Source: Octopus vulgaris (taxonomy: Eukaryota). Taken from it: a DNA stretch of 64,000 bases. A program made the translations under genes and the position numbers. The notes below the pieces were generated by a model. The model was not told the origin of the DNA. It made no database searches and saw only the letters and a program-made list of their open reading frames with translations. Positions 1-13,050 of the stretch are shown here, piece by piece (the stretch's first letter is position 1; every line of letters starts with the position of its first letter). Where the stretch lies: the NCBI GenBank assembly GCA_951406725.2, contig OX597832.1, positions 38,874,001 through 38,938,000 of the forward strand. The letters are read 5' to 3'.

Positions 1-48
1 AATATATGTATATATATTAATATATATATGTAGATATGCGTGTGTCTG

Positions 49-103
<55 letters not shown>

Positions 104-414
104 TTGCAGTGAAACAAAATATTTTGAGTGCAACATTATGTTTTTACAGAGTTTAATTGTTTAATTAACCTTAATGCCACTGAATGCCAGGTGAGGTGGG
201 ATAAGGCAGTGACATGTTCTGCTCGGAAAGGAAATGCTTAATTCTGCGCAAAATACACTGAACCGCTTATTAGTGAACTCGCAATAAGAAATTTTATATC
301 GGTTAAAATTTATCTCAGTAGTGAATGAAATATTTACCAATTTAATTAATAATTCCGGTCAAAAACGACAGGAAGGATAAGAGATATATTGTATTTCATC
401 ATCCCTAATTATTG

Positions 415-630
415 ATCTCAATGCGTGGTAGAAGGCCAGCAAGTTCGAAGGAAGGAGGTATGTCGATTACAGCGACCCCAGTGGTGAACTGGTAGCTATC
501 TTACCGACTCTGAAAGGAAAAAAGTCAAATCCGTGCTCGGCAGAATTTGATCTTAGAACATAAAGACAGACGAAATGCCGCGAAGCATTTTACCTGATGT
601 GCTTTCGATTCAGCCACTTCGCCGCCTTAA
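415..630 (-). mobile_element. Degenerate Nin/Deu-like SINE
   Basis: GTCGATTACAGCGACCCCAGT...GAAAGG...GACGAAATGCCGC...TCGCCGCCTT. Confidence 0.75.
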
Positions 631-654
631 TCGTCCCTGATTATTAAGAAATCG

Positions 655-1040
655 GAGTGATGTGCGCAAGCATTGCTGAGTGTTTAAAGAGCTCGCTTTA
701 AAATCACCCGGTTTCCGTTTCAGTTCCATTGCGCATGCCACTACATCCCCGGACCGATCAATACCTCGGTAAACGGAAGCCGGTAATTTGGCGTGGAAAG
801 CCCGTTCAATTTATCTACATACAAATAGATGTGTGTGTGTGTGTGTGTCTGTATGTTTGTCTTCTCGCCACCACTGCTCGACAACCTGTGTTGGTTTGTT
901 TATGTCGTTGTAAGTTAGCATAAGTTCCAGACTTTAAAAGATATATAAGTATTGCAGTTGATGTTTTCTTCGTATACACGCTTTGAGGTGGTATCTCGGC
1001 ACGGTCGCAGTTCAATGACTGAAACGAGGAATGGAACAGC
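655..1040 (+). mobile_element. Older degenerate copy of the microsatellite-bearing SINE
   Basis: Same order of head, (TG)n, CTCGACAACC...TGTTGG and the GACTGAAAC tail. Confidence 0.6.
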
Positions 1041-1227
1041 AAGAAAGTGCGTCTGGTCTTTGAAGTGTGAAGCGATAAATCCGGATGGCTTGGTCTTATC
1101 GATTGTAATCGTGTAATAAAATAAATATGTGTGCGGGCTTAGCCGTATGGTTACCTCGTTTTAACTGAATCTACTTGACTCTTTTAAACCCAGAAACCAC
1201 TGGCGCTATCCCATACATCTTTTGTTT

Positions 1228-1406
1228 AGGCACAGGCGTGGCTGTGTGGTAAGAAGCTTATTTCCCAATGGCATGGTTCCGGCTTCAATCCCACTGCGTG
1301 ACACTTTGGGCATTTATCTTCTACTATTGCCTCGAGCCGACCAAACACTTGTGAGTGAATTTGGCAGGCGAAAACTGAAAGAAGCCCGTCACATATATAT
1401 GCATGT

Positions 1407-1463
<57 letters not shown>

Positions 1464-1668
1464 TTTCTCTCTCGGCTTGACAACCAATGTTAGTGCATTT
1501 ATGACCCCGTAAGCTAGCGGTTCGGCAAAGTGACTGATAAAATAAGTGCGAGATTAAAGTAAAAGAAAAAAATTAACTTTGGCGTCGATTCATTCGATTA
1601 AAATTATTCAAGGCGGTGCACCAGCATGGCCACAGTCTAGTGACTGAAACAAGTAATGGATAAAAGAA
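1228..1668 (+). mobile_element. tRNA-derived SINE with an internal (TA)/(TG)n microsatellite
   Basis: Head GGCGTGGCTGTGTGGTAAGAAGCTT...TTCAATCCCACTGCGTG; tail GGCGGTGCACCAGCATGGCCACAGTC...TGACTGAAACAAGTAA. Confidence 0.8.
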
Positions 1669-1754
1669 GTAATGGGAGTGAACATGTTTTGTAAGCGGTG
1701 ACATACTTGGGTGTGTATTTTTTGTCTTTGGACTGCGGCCATGCTGGGGGAAAG

Positions 1755-2260
1755 ACGGACATCTTGGAGATTTGGTTGCAGTTGTTTGCAAATGTTCCAC
1801 GTCGTTCAGCCTGGTCATTGATCAATTCATGAGGAACTTTTTGACACGTCTGTTCACAAGGCTGAGCTTATAGTGGTGGAGATTGATGGTAATTTGTCGA
1901 TAATGTACGAGAGTTTTCAACCATTACAAACAAGACCTCAATTTCCACAACTGAAGGTCTCAGTGACCTCGGTTTGTTTCAAGACTCATGTCACCTTCCT
2001 CGAAACATCTGAACTCATTTTGTGCTGCACTTTCGTAGGCAGTTCCCAGAGCTTCCACATCATTAATTTCTTTTATCGCTGCCCTTGCACTCGGTCCATT
2101 TTCCCAGTTAGCGTAAAAGGTTATAATTACAATTTTTCACGACTCTTCATCGAAGCTTTACAATAAAGAATAAACAGTTAATGTTTATGTGTTATATTTG
2201 AAAATAAAGAATAAACAATTTGGCAACGACTGAATAACAAATAATATCAAAAATAATTAT
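1755..2260 (-). mobile_element. Decayed mariner (Tc1/mariner) transposase, N-terminal half
   Basis: Frameshifted minus-strand remnants KPRSLRPSVVE and KVPHELINDQAERR...ICKQL match mariner RSGRP and WVPHEL motifs. Boundaries approximate. Confidence 0.7.
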
Positions 2261-3102
2261 ATAACAGGGAAATATAAGTCTAAAATCGTCAGTGAAAGTC
2301 CGGAAACTCTTTTGACTCCACATGGTATATACATATATGTATGAATACACACACTCACACACTCATATATACCCGCATGCACGCAGACACACACACACAC
2401 ACACACACAGCCATGCCTAGGTATATTCATACATGTGCATATAGGCTTTTAAGTAAGCGTACATTGATGTATACATACTTAAAACATACATTCGGATATA
2501 CACACACAGCGGACACGAAGATTTTACATAAAGACGTATACTTATATACGTCTTTATTGCATAAATAAACATAAAATTCTCACACATGTGTGAATTTTTT
2601 TTTAATGCGTTTCTCTAATGCGTTTGTAATATTAACATGTCAATATTTATCACTAAGACATTTTATTTTGAATTTATAACTGTATCGTTCGTTTGTTTAT
2701 TGAAACACAAATTTAAAGACGTGGGATATGTCAAATGTCAAATGCTGCATGCAGATATCCAATTTTATCTCACGCATATCTGGGACATTTTTTTGTTTTG
2801 TTTGTTTTCTGTTTACTATTAAGGATTATGTTTTTGTTTATTTTTCATAATTTTTATATTCTTCGCTTCTAAAGCATCATAATGGTTATTTCTATCTGCT
2901 GATGCGTGACACCGTTTTTTTCCCCAGCTAAGAAATGGATGACATTTGCTCCGTATTATTGTTGTTTTGTTTTAGAGTCCCGTATATGTAAATTTATAAG
3001 CATGTATACATAAATACACACACACATATACGTACACACACGCACACACACATACACACACACATTCACATACATACAAACATGTGTGTGTAAATATGTA
3101 TG

Positions 3103-3147
<45 letters not shown>

Positions 3148-3152
3148 GTATA

Positions 3153-3190
<38 letters not shown>

Positions 3191-3210
3191 TATATATATA
3201 TATGTATATA

Positions 3211-3271
<61 letters not shown>

Positions 3272-3998
3272 AGTGGGTATCTCATATGCGAATATATATA
3301 TGCATATGCACATCTGTACCCGCGCATACATATATAGGTATTTATGCTTACGTATGCATATTTATATAAGTATATAACAGGCATATATATGTATTTATAT
3401 GATACGTATATATATATATATATATATATATACATACAAACACATATATGTGTGTACACACACACACACACATATATATATATTTATATATATATATACA
3501 TATATATCTGTGTATGTGTGCATGTATATTTATAAGTGTGTGAGCGTTTGCAAACATATATGTATAAACATACACAGACACATACACCTACGCATGAGGT
3601 TGAAAATACGCAGTGTGCATATATAAATGTTCACAAGTTTATACGTGCGCGGGTTATGTGATGTCAATGTTTAAATACTAAATGGACTCTTTCTTAAAAC
3701 ACTGTTAACTCTTTATATTGATTTAAATGTTTTGACGATAAAGTGGTGAATTCTGATTTTGATTACAACGTCGAAGTAAATGTATGTGTGTATATGTGTG
3801 CGTGTGTGTGTGTGTGCGTATTTTATGCGGATAATATATGTATGCACATATATATGTGCATATATATATATAAATTTATATATATATATATGCATACATA
3901 CACACATATATATACATATACATATATATTCACACACACACACACACATATACATATGCACACACATACATATATATATACATAAACATATATACATA

Positions 3999-4910
3999 CT
4001 AGACTGCCCGTGACCCGTTGGATCACTGGGAGAGTCTGAGCCACCCAGAAATGGAGTTTTGATTCGTGGGTTTTTTTCTTTTCCAGGTTATTTCACTTGC
4101 TTTCAACAAATGTGACATCGATATCACGCGTAGATAGCCCCTTTTCCCAGAAAAGGAAATACTTGGCTGCTATTGCTTGCACGCCCTGCTACCAGGTAAC
4201 AAGTATTTCAGGTTCTTTATCGCAAATAGCTGATACGTGGTAGCAGTACGGACTAGAAATAGCAGCCAAATATTTGGAGCTGAGACACGTTTAATACACT
4301 CGAAAAGAAATCTATGACAAAAAATTATTTCACACTGATATTACGAACGAGTCTTTTACGAAATATTTTCCGTATTTTTAAAGTAATTCTCACTTTCAGA
4401 ATACGCTCAAAAAAATTTTCTAATGGTATTCACTTGAAAATAATTTTTAACAATGTTAAAATATTGTCTGTTTAGAGAAAGCTAAAATATAAATACTGTA
4501 CAAACAACTTAGATTTTTGAAATCACATTCACTCAAAAATCTTTCTAAAGGATTAGAATATTGAGTTTAACAAAAGCAGAAATAGAAACATTTACTGTCA
4601 AAAAACAAATCTTATTTTTTCGTTGTCAAGTCTAATCGAAAGGTAAGTGTTTCTTCTCTTTGAGGGTTAATTTATTTTCGGAGAATTTTCCCATCAAGCG
4701 CCGTTTTGGGTATTTATGCCCCGAAAACCCCTAATTTCTCAATAATCAGTAGTACGATTTACGCGAAATTTGTTTAATTCCGTTCGTATTCACATTTCAG
4801 GGACGGCTTAATTCATAGTATTTTCTCATTATTCGTAACTTTGGCTGGGTAACATTGCAAGCAAGTAAGCAAGCATGATTCAAGCTCATTTTTAATGTAT
4901 TATATATATA
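3999..4910 (-). mobile_element. Non-autonomous Helitron (minus strand)
   Basis: Minus-strand 3' end: hairpin CCCAGTGATCC-AAC-GGGTCACGGG, then CAGTCTAG|T. The 5' end merges into (TA)n near 4910 and is uncertain. Confidence 0.55.
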
Positions 4911-5489
4911 TATATATACATGTGAGTGTGTGTGTGTGTGTGTTTGTGTGTGTGTGCGTTTGTGTGTGTGTATGTATGTATGTATGTATGTATGTATGTA
5001 TTTATACTGAGTACATGGGGATATTACTGAGGATACGATTATGTGGATATAAATACTGAGAACAGTTGAGTTAATAGACATACAAATGGAGGGTAAGTGT
5101 ATGTATAAATTTAGAATAAGGGCACGAGCATTTAGAGACACAGATTCAGATGACAACTTATCTCATGCAAACGAAGCATTTGACAAAATTACGGACCTTT
5201 TATGTGGTCGCTTCGTGTGATATATCCTCTACAAAATAGTAGTTATCCCACCAAATGCAATAGCTCGTACAATGCTTTTAGCAATCATCTCACCAAATAC
5301 AATAGTTTTTGCAATGCTTTAAGGAGAATACTGCATCTTAAATAGTGTGGGGTAGTCACGACTGGGGTGCTCTTGATTATAGGTCAACCATTGAATCACT
5401 ACATTTGTCTCAAATTACGGTAACTATCACACCTCTACTGCGATTAATTGTGGACTTTCTTGTCTGACGACAGAAGAATGTTTTGGAGT

Positions 5490-5752
5490 TTCGTGTTGAA
5501 CAACCTGCATAGATGATCTGTATATAGTGATCAAATGTTTGTACTCTACATTAGCTCACCTTCTCTGCCTAATTGACGTTGCCTGTGTAGGTATACGGTA
5601 TTCCACACGTCAGATGTCGAAGTGATCACAGAGAAGTTAAGAAAAGAAGTGTTGTGGTCAAGAACATAACACCTCACCTGAACTGGGAATCAAAACCACG
5701 ACCTTGCGATTGTGACAGCAACACTTTAACCACTAGAACATGCACATTCACT
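5490..5752 (-). mobile_element. Old tRNA-derived SINE (same family as 16890-17150)
   Basis: The reverse complement shares the head and the TTTGATCACTATA...ATCAT...GTTGTTCA tail. Confidence 0.6.
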
Positions 5753-5812
5753 ACGGACATTAGTGCATTACTGCAAGTGGCAAAACGACAGTGTAAGGAT
5801 ATACACGCCACC

Positions 5813-6210
5813 AAACCAGTATACTCACCCTTATACCAGTATAGCTGTTTTAATAAAATTCTAACTTCTGGCACTTTATATTCTCAATCACTACACAACT
5901 CCAGTTGTCTTCTCGACGCTTTAACCACTACCGAGTAGTCATACTAGTGTAGCCATTGCTATACATCAGCAGCTGTCATAACACTATAAGGACTATCATA
6001 CAACGATCGCCACCACCACATCACTGCACAACACTGAACCTCTTCCACACAATCAGCCCACCATAACCATCACCATACCACCGCAGTTATCTTCCTAACA
6101 ACAATGTAAGATAAATATATCACTGCATTTGTAATAAACGTGTGTAATTGTCAGCGCACCACCGCAAATACTAGTACACCACTGCTGCTACTACTACTAC
6201 TACTACACAA
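5813..6210 (+). repeat. Dispersed direct duplication of about 400 bp, copy 1
   Basis: Highly similar to 14928-15330. Confidence 0.9.
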
Positions 6211-7034
6211 ATCAAGAAAACTTCACCCTGCAACAACCATTGTTGTACCATTACATTTATCAACACCTCTTAACCACAAATAAAGCAGTTATATTATCCA
6301 CCACTGTGATCATCTTCCGCACTACAAGATGCACATTATGTTGACCGCCTTGCTACGGGCACACCAAGCTCCAATCGGTAGACGAGGATTTAACAAAACT
6401 GTTTGGTAAAAAAAAAAGAAGACAGACGATATTGTATGCCTTTGGCCATTGTAATTCGTTTTGTTGCTATCGAAATTTGTGAATATTTTTTTCCTTTTCT
6501 TTCTCAATCACCGAAACAATGCTTGGTGAATTATAAATGACATCAGAACTCTCGAAGCCCAGTCGTTTCCTATATGTCAAAACCATAATATTTATCAGTC
6601 GCCAACCACGCCATTGCTGGAAGCAACAGCAACAACAATACTACTACCACCACCAGCAACGATAAGAAAAAGAGAAAACGCGTGTCTTTCCGAAAAATTA
6701 CGTAACCAACAATTATAGAAAAGAAAATCGATTTAGGAAAGATTTTTTTTTTAAATTCTAATAAATCTTCAACTTATCAAATGAGAGAAAAGAGAAGAAA
6801 ACAAACGAGAGAAAGAAAGAATGAATAAATGAATGAATGGATGAATGAAGAAGAGAAACAAGAAATATTGAAAGAGAGTAAACAAAAAATTTTTAGAAAT
6901 GAGGAAAAGTAAAAGAATTTCTAAAGAAATTTGAGCAAGCAAATAAATAAATGGGAAGTTAATGAGATAGTATGCCAGAAGATTGAGGAAAAATGACTGC
7001 AGAAGGACAAAATGCGACTACAGATAATAGTGAT

Positions 7035-7257
7035 ACTTTCTAATTTTGGTAGCAAGCCAGAAAGTTTGAGGGATGGGGGGTCAAGTCCATTACATCAGCT
7101 CCAGAACTTGACAGATACTTATTTTATCGACCCTGAAAGGATAATAGGCGGAATTGACCGCGATGGTATTCTTATTCAGAAGGGAAAAAGCTCAGAGACA
7201 TTCTGCTATGTATTTTACCTGACGCGCCGAAAATGCTGCCATTTAGCCGCCTTAATG

Positions 7258-7340
<83 letters not shown>

Positions 7341-7612
7341 AAGAAGAAGAAGAAGAACAACAACAACAACAACAACAACAACAACTACAACAACAATAAT
7401 TCCTACCAGCTCACTGTCTTTAATAACAATAATGGTTTCGAATTTTGGTATTAGGCCAGCAATTTAGGAGGAAGTACAGACGCATTTATGCAGCTGGTGT
7501 TTATTTTATTGACCACAAAAGGACGAAAAGCTAGCTCGACCTTAATTGAACTCAGAACGTGCAGACGAACGAAATGCCACCAAGAATTTTCCCCGGGAGC
7601 TCGTTGCCTTAC
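7035..7612 (-). mobile_element. Two degenerate Nin/Deu-like SINEs (about 7035-7253 and 7433-7612) separated by trinucleotide repeats
   Basis: Both contain TTTATCGACC..AAAGGA and end GCCTTA. Confidence 0.65.
7255..7400 (+). repeat. Compound trinucleotide microsatellite (TAA)n-(GAA)n-(CAA)n
   Basis: Directly visible. Confidence 0.95.
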
Positions 7613-7648
7613 ACTTCAAATTCCTTCTAAATACGTCATAGGTCTGTC

Positions 7649-7751
<103 letters not shown>

Positions 7752-7760
7752 TAATAATAA

Positions 7761-8271
7761 TGGTGCGAACATAAACTCGAAGGCATCATCGAAAATGATA
7801 ATGCGAAGATCCTACGGGATTTTATGATTCTGTTCGACCATGACATTGAGAATAGGAAACCAGACATAGTCTTAATTGAGAAAGAAAGCAAACAATGCTG
7901 GATCATAGACATAGCATCTCCAGCTGACAACATGGTATGCGATAAGGAAGAAAGAAAAGTCAAGAGATATGACAGGTTAGCTTGGGAGGTTAAGCTGTTG
8001 TAATCGCTGACAAAGGTGGTTGTATTACCAATAATTGTCGGAGCCCTGGGTACAGTGGGTAAAAATCTTGAGAAGTACATGGAACAAATAGGGGCTGCAA
8101 TAAGAGTGAAGCACTTACAGAAAACAGCACTGCTTGGAACCGCTCGAAAACTCTGGGTGGTGCTTGAAAAATAAGTGGTGTTACCTTAGTTCACTAGAAG
8201 TGAACAGCTGGTACCGTAGTACATCTCCAGGGTTCGAAGCTGTGCAAAGACAATAAATAATAAAGATAATA
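7761..8271 (+). mobile_element. 5'-truncated R4/Dong-clade LINE: restriction-like endonuclease C-terminus and 3' UTR
   Basis: 7761-8174 translates WCEHKLEGIIENDNAKILRDF...NRKPDIVLIEKESKQCWIIDIASPAD...KRYDRL..*..LPIIVGALG...LQKTALLGTARKL*, with a PD..D motif and one internal stop at 8001. Embedded in (TAA)n. Confidence 0.9.
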
Positions 8272-8435
8272 AGCCTTTCTCATATTCTTTTTCGAAATCT
8301 CGTTCCTCAAGGCAGATAGCATTAACTTTTGCTCAGACTGTAATGGTCTGCTTAAAACAAGATACACCACAGAATAGTTCTGCTCTGTGCACCTCCCTTT
8401 TTCTCTCTTCTCTTCTTCTTTCTCTCTACCCTCTC

Positions 8436-8479
<44 letters not shown>

Positions 8480-9638
8480 ACTCTCTTTCAGTCTCTCACT
8501 CTTGCTCTCTCATTCTTCTCACTGCTTAGTTTCTCAGGCCACCTTTGGCTCATTTTACCACGAATGTAACAAGCAACTGTTTTCCCTGTGAAAACAATGA
8601 CATTACTTTTTTTTGCGAACATTATTAACGTAGCTCCGAAATTACCCTTCGGCATTTGGGTAATTCTAAGGCACATTCTAAGGCACAGTTACATTCTATG
8701 ACACTTTGAAAATACACAAATAAACCATTTTCTTCCATTCTGGCGAGTGCGAGAAGGTTTCATTTGTTTTGGTAAAAGATAGCCTACACCAGACTTTAGT
8801 CTCTATCCTTAGTATATATCGAGGATACAATTTCCTTTTTTGTCACTAATGTTAGCATTTCAGAATTATTTTCAGTTGACAGGATGTGTATGAGCTTTGC
8901 TATTGCTGCTGTTGCCTTTGTTTTCAAACGTGGCCTTGAAATTGTTCACATTAATGGGATTACTTATGGAAATAGCACGACTGAGAAAATATGTGAGTTT
9001 TTTAATGTATTAATAATTGTTGTCTTTTTGATTTATGTTCAATTTTAGGATTTTTGTCAAGTCGAGTATTCCGTGTAGGCACATAGATACATGCGAGTAA
9101 ACGTCCAGAATCTTCAAGACCCGTATGCATGAAAATAATCTAATAACAAAAGTATTCCCTGCCGTTCCACCTAGAATATGAAAACATTTGAAAAATATCG
9201 TCCGTCAATAACAATAACAACAGTAATGATAATCATTATTGCTGTTGTTATATAAGTTTCATAACGATAAATATATTATGAAGAATAATGGAAATAATCG
9301 CGTGTAGCGGAGCAACAGCAAGATAAAGAAGAATATGAAATGCTTCCAATTATATCTGCTTGACTTCAAACTAAACACTTGACCGAAGCTTTTAATTACT
9401 TCGAGTTTAGAATCTCTTCAAGTGAGATTCTACAAGGAATTGAATTCCTTTCATTGAACGGAACGAAAAGCTTCGTTCACTAATAAACATCTTGATCCCT
9501 TCTGACCGAAGCAACGCTCAGAAGCGAATCAGAGAGGAAGAGAACAATACTTCTGTTATTCATTTCTTTTCATACTAAATAAAGAGGTCTTACAAAGGAA
9601 ATAAACGGGATGTATAATATGAAAGTAAAAACAATAGC

Positions 9639-10520
9639 AACAGGAGCACTCAGAGAGCGCAAACCTCCGCCAAGGCAACACCAACGTCCTCTCAACGATT
9701 AGCCAGAGATGATTATTAAAATTAGAATATCTCTCTATATATAAACGGCAGTTTGTCTGTCTGTGTGTCTGTGTGTCTGTCAGGTTGTACCCTCACCCTG
9801 ACCACGGCTTTCAACCGATTCTGATGAAACTTGACACACACATAGCCCAATGTCATAATTCAAAACTAACGCAGCGAAAATTTTGAAAGGTTACCCCAGT
9901 TCTGAAAATAATCGATAAATTCGACATGGGGTCGAGAATCTAAGCTTTTTATATGCAACACATTTTCTGTTGTAGTTTTCGCAACTTGCAATCGTTTTTC
10001 ACCAAACTCATGGTGAAGCTTAATGTTACCCTAAGAAACTTAATTCTAATGTTAGTTTTCCATGCAATACCTTACCATCAGAAAAAATCGATAAAATCAT
10101 GCCATTTTGGGAAATCGCGTTCAAATTCAAGATGACATATTTTCGACAATATCTTTCACAAATTGGCAGGAAATTAGAGGGAAAGGACTAGCTTGAGATT
10201 AGTCGTTGCCTACTAGAGGCTCTTACATACCCGGGCAACGCCGGGCTATGCTGCCAGTCTTAAATAAACTCGACTGCTCTCACAAATGACAATACTAAAA
10301 ATGAACCCGGCCGCTCTCAAAAATTAAGTAAAAAAAAAAATCGGAAAAATATTCCAGAATCCTTGTCCGGTGACAGATCAGTTCGTGCCAGTCACGAGGC
10401 CAGACATCTCTGAAAGTTTCATTCGAATCCATCCAGTGGTTCTTGAGATATATTGTCCACGGACAAACAAGCGAACACGACTGAACAATGCCTCCACCTT
10501 CGCTAAGGCGGTGATGATAA
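9639..10520 (+). mobile_element. Helentron/HINE-like non-autonomous element hosting the Helitron
   Basis: 5' AACAGGAGCACTCAGAGAGCGCAAACCTCCGCCAAGG and a 3' hairpin CCTCCACCTT-CGCT-AAGGCGGTG related to the 5' CCTCCGCC motif. Confidence 0.5.
9730..10257 (+). mobile_element. Non-autonomous Helitron
   Basis: A|TC start (TCTCTCTATATATAAA), internal (GTCT)-type microsatellite, 3' hairpin CCCGG-GCAACG-CCGGG at 10230-10245, end CCAG|T (CTAG variant), no TSD. Confidence 0.7.
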
Positions 10521-11087
10521 TACTTTGACTCTGCTAAACTCTTCCTCTAACAATAATCTTGAACTTATTGCTCAACAGAATAATAGGAAGAAAGCCGTCA
10601 ATGTGGTTCCTTTTGTTCAGGTCTTTCCTCCAAAGTCCTACCATTCTTTGTCTTACAAGTGTGGGAATTATCTTATTCTGTTGCCATTTGCAGTCACCAA
10701 AAGGTAGCTGAAGAAATCTAGCGTTTTAACCAGAAGGAAGAACACCCTCCCCACGAGAAATTGGTAATGATCTTAACTCCTGGTTTAAAGTCACCTACGG
10801 GCAAATTGTGGGCAGGTGAGCAGTGCAGACATAATACCAGGTGGGAGTACCATTGACATACAAGTCCTCGTGACCCCGCATAATCACAAAGTAACACCAG
10901 AACTGTATTGTAAAAAGCGCGCTGAAAAGAAAATCTTAGACGACGCATTTGTTAGGCGTAGGATAGAAAAACCAGTGAAGATCGGGAGGACCAACCACAG
11001 CAGCTACAACAAATGCAGCAGGAATCCATCATCATCATCATCACCACCACCACCACCACCACCACCATCATTATTATGATTATTATT

Positions 11088-11237
11088 GCCTTTACACGTT
11101 CACTACCAGGGAACTAAGGTAACATCTCTTATTTTTCGAGCACCTTCCGGAATATTCGAGCGGTTCCAAGCAGTTATGTTTTCTGCAAGTGCTCCACCCT
11201 TATTGAAGCCCCATATTTGTTCCACGTACTTCTCGAG

Positions 11238-11240
<3 letters not shown>
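11088..11240 (-). mobile_element. Second, shorter 3' fragment of the same Dong/R4 LINE
   Basis: The reverse complement matches 8063-8205 (NLEKYVEQI..., gttaccttagttc); flanked by (TAA)n on both sides. Confidence 0.85.
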
Positions 11241-11316
<76 letters not shown>

Positions 11317-11318
<2 letters not shown>

Positions 11319-11645
11319 AAAAAAGACTCCGCCGGTTACGACGACGAGGGTCCCAGCTGATACGATCAACGGAACAGCTTGCTCGTGAAATTAACGTGCA
11401 AATGGCTGAGCATTCCACAGACACGTGTACCCTTAACGTAGTTCTCGGGGATAATCAGCGTGACACAGAGAGTGACAAGGCTGACCCTTTGAAATACAAG
11501 TACAACTCATTTTTGTCAGCTGAGTGGACTGGAGCAACGTGAAATAAAGTGTCTTGCTCAAGGACACAACGCGTCGCCGGGAATCGAACTCACAACCTTA
11601 CGATCATGAGCCGAATGCCCTAACCACTAAGCCACGCGCCCTCAC
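11317..11645 (-). mobile_element. tRNA-derived SINE with a CORE-like central segment
   Basis: Minus strand: A box TGGCTTAGTGG, B box GTTCGATTCC, then GTGTCCTTGAGCAAGACACTT...CTCCAGTCCACTCAGCTG. Inserted in (TTA)n. Confidence 0.85.
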
Positions 11646-11972
11646 TTATTATTATTATTATAGTTGTTGTTGTTGTTGTTGCTGTTGATGTTGTTGTTAT
11701 TGGAATAATTGGGTTCTGATGATAATCAAGAAAGCGGTGTATGATAGTGCTTTAATTAATCATTATGGACGTGTTAAAATTAATAGCGATGTTGCTATAG
11801 AATTAGAAATATAACTGGTACAAAATATGCAATTGGTTTTAATTAATTATATACTAATTAAATTGTATTGATTACTCGTTTCATGGAAGATGAAAATTTT
11901 GGAATTAATGTTTAGAAGCAACGACAAAACCAATATATATATACATATACCTGTATATATACATATCAACTC

Positions 11973-12019
<47 letters not shown>

Positions 12020-12629
12020 ATCTATATAAATTCCTTAATTCTTCATACTACTAACCCCATCTCTCTGCCCCTACTCTTAAACTCTATTACAACACATTTG
12101 TCATTCCTTTACCTCTTACCCCCACCATTCCTTCTATCTTTTTACTCTATAATACCTTTCTCTCACTTTCACCCTTTCCTACTTTCAAATTATCTCCACT
12201 GACCACTGACTGATCTATATCTTCATTTTTCTTTTTTTCTTTTTTCTTTATTCCCTTTATCCCTCTCCTCAGGGTTTTATTATTTTTTATCATTTTGTTA
12301 TTATTTTATTAATCTTCTTCTTACTTTCTTCTCCTTCGTCTCTCTCTTTTTCTCTCTCATTTTTTCTTTCTCTTCTCTTTTTCTCTTCCCTTTTTTTTCT
12401 CGTTTTTCTCTTTCTTCATTCCTCTCTTCCTGTTTTCGATTTGACCTTACTAATACGCTCCCTATTTTTAGGTCACTTTAGATAAAAAAACCTTTGATTC
12501 TGCAACGCTGTATATAAATTCTCTGCTGGGAAACCAAGTTTAAAAATCTGCTGGATCTTACATTGCTTATAAACTCTATATTAGGAAGGACCCATTTTAA
12601 ACTCTGTTGGACTTTCAACTTTACTCATA

Positions 12630-12684
<55 letters not shown>

Positions 12685-12705
12685 TACATATATATACATA
12701 TATAC

Positions 12706-12736
<31 letters not shown>

Positions 12737-12755
12737 CACATATATATATATATAC

Positions 12756-12822
<67 letters not shown>

Positions 12823-12828
<6 letters not shown>

Positions 12829-13050
12829 ATCCAAACAAAGAAGAACAAATGTGAGAAACAACAACCTGAGGACGTGGTACAAGTACTGTATTATCAAACG
12901 CTCAGGAACGGAAAGAAAAAGGATTTAACGTTTCGAGCAAAGCTCTTCTTCAGAAAAAGAGGAAAGTCCAAAAGAAGGAAAGATGGAGGAAGAAAGCCGA
13001 CAACGTTTCGCACGTGATTACATTTTGAAATGACCGGAAGGTAATGGGTG
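12823..13050 (-). mobile_element. Same short pLTR-like family, with a minimal hammerhead at 12923-12958
   Basis: Minus strand: ttt CTGAAGA a GAGC ttt GCTC GAAA CGTT aaa. The element end abuts the (TA)n tract at 12632-12823. Confidence 0.65.

Noticed and set aside
2956-4044. Many YI/CV/HT-repeat ORFs here and throughout the window
   Set aside because: Translations of (TA)n, (TG)n and (TATG)n microsatellites.
9815-9835. CTGATGA followed by AAC inside the Helitron
   Set aside because: No stem II or downstream GAAA geometry; it is part of the Helitron body.
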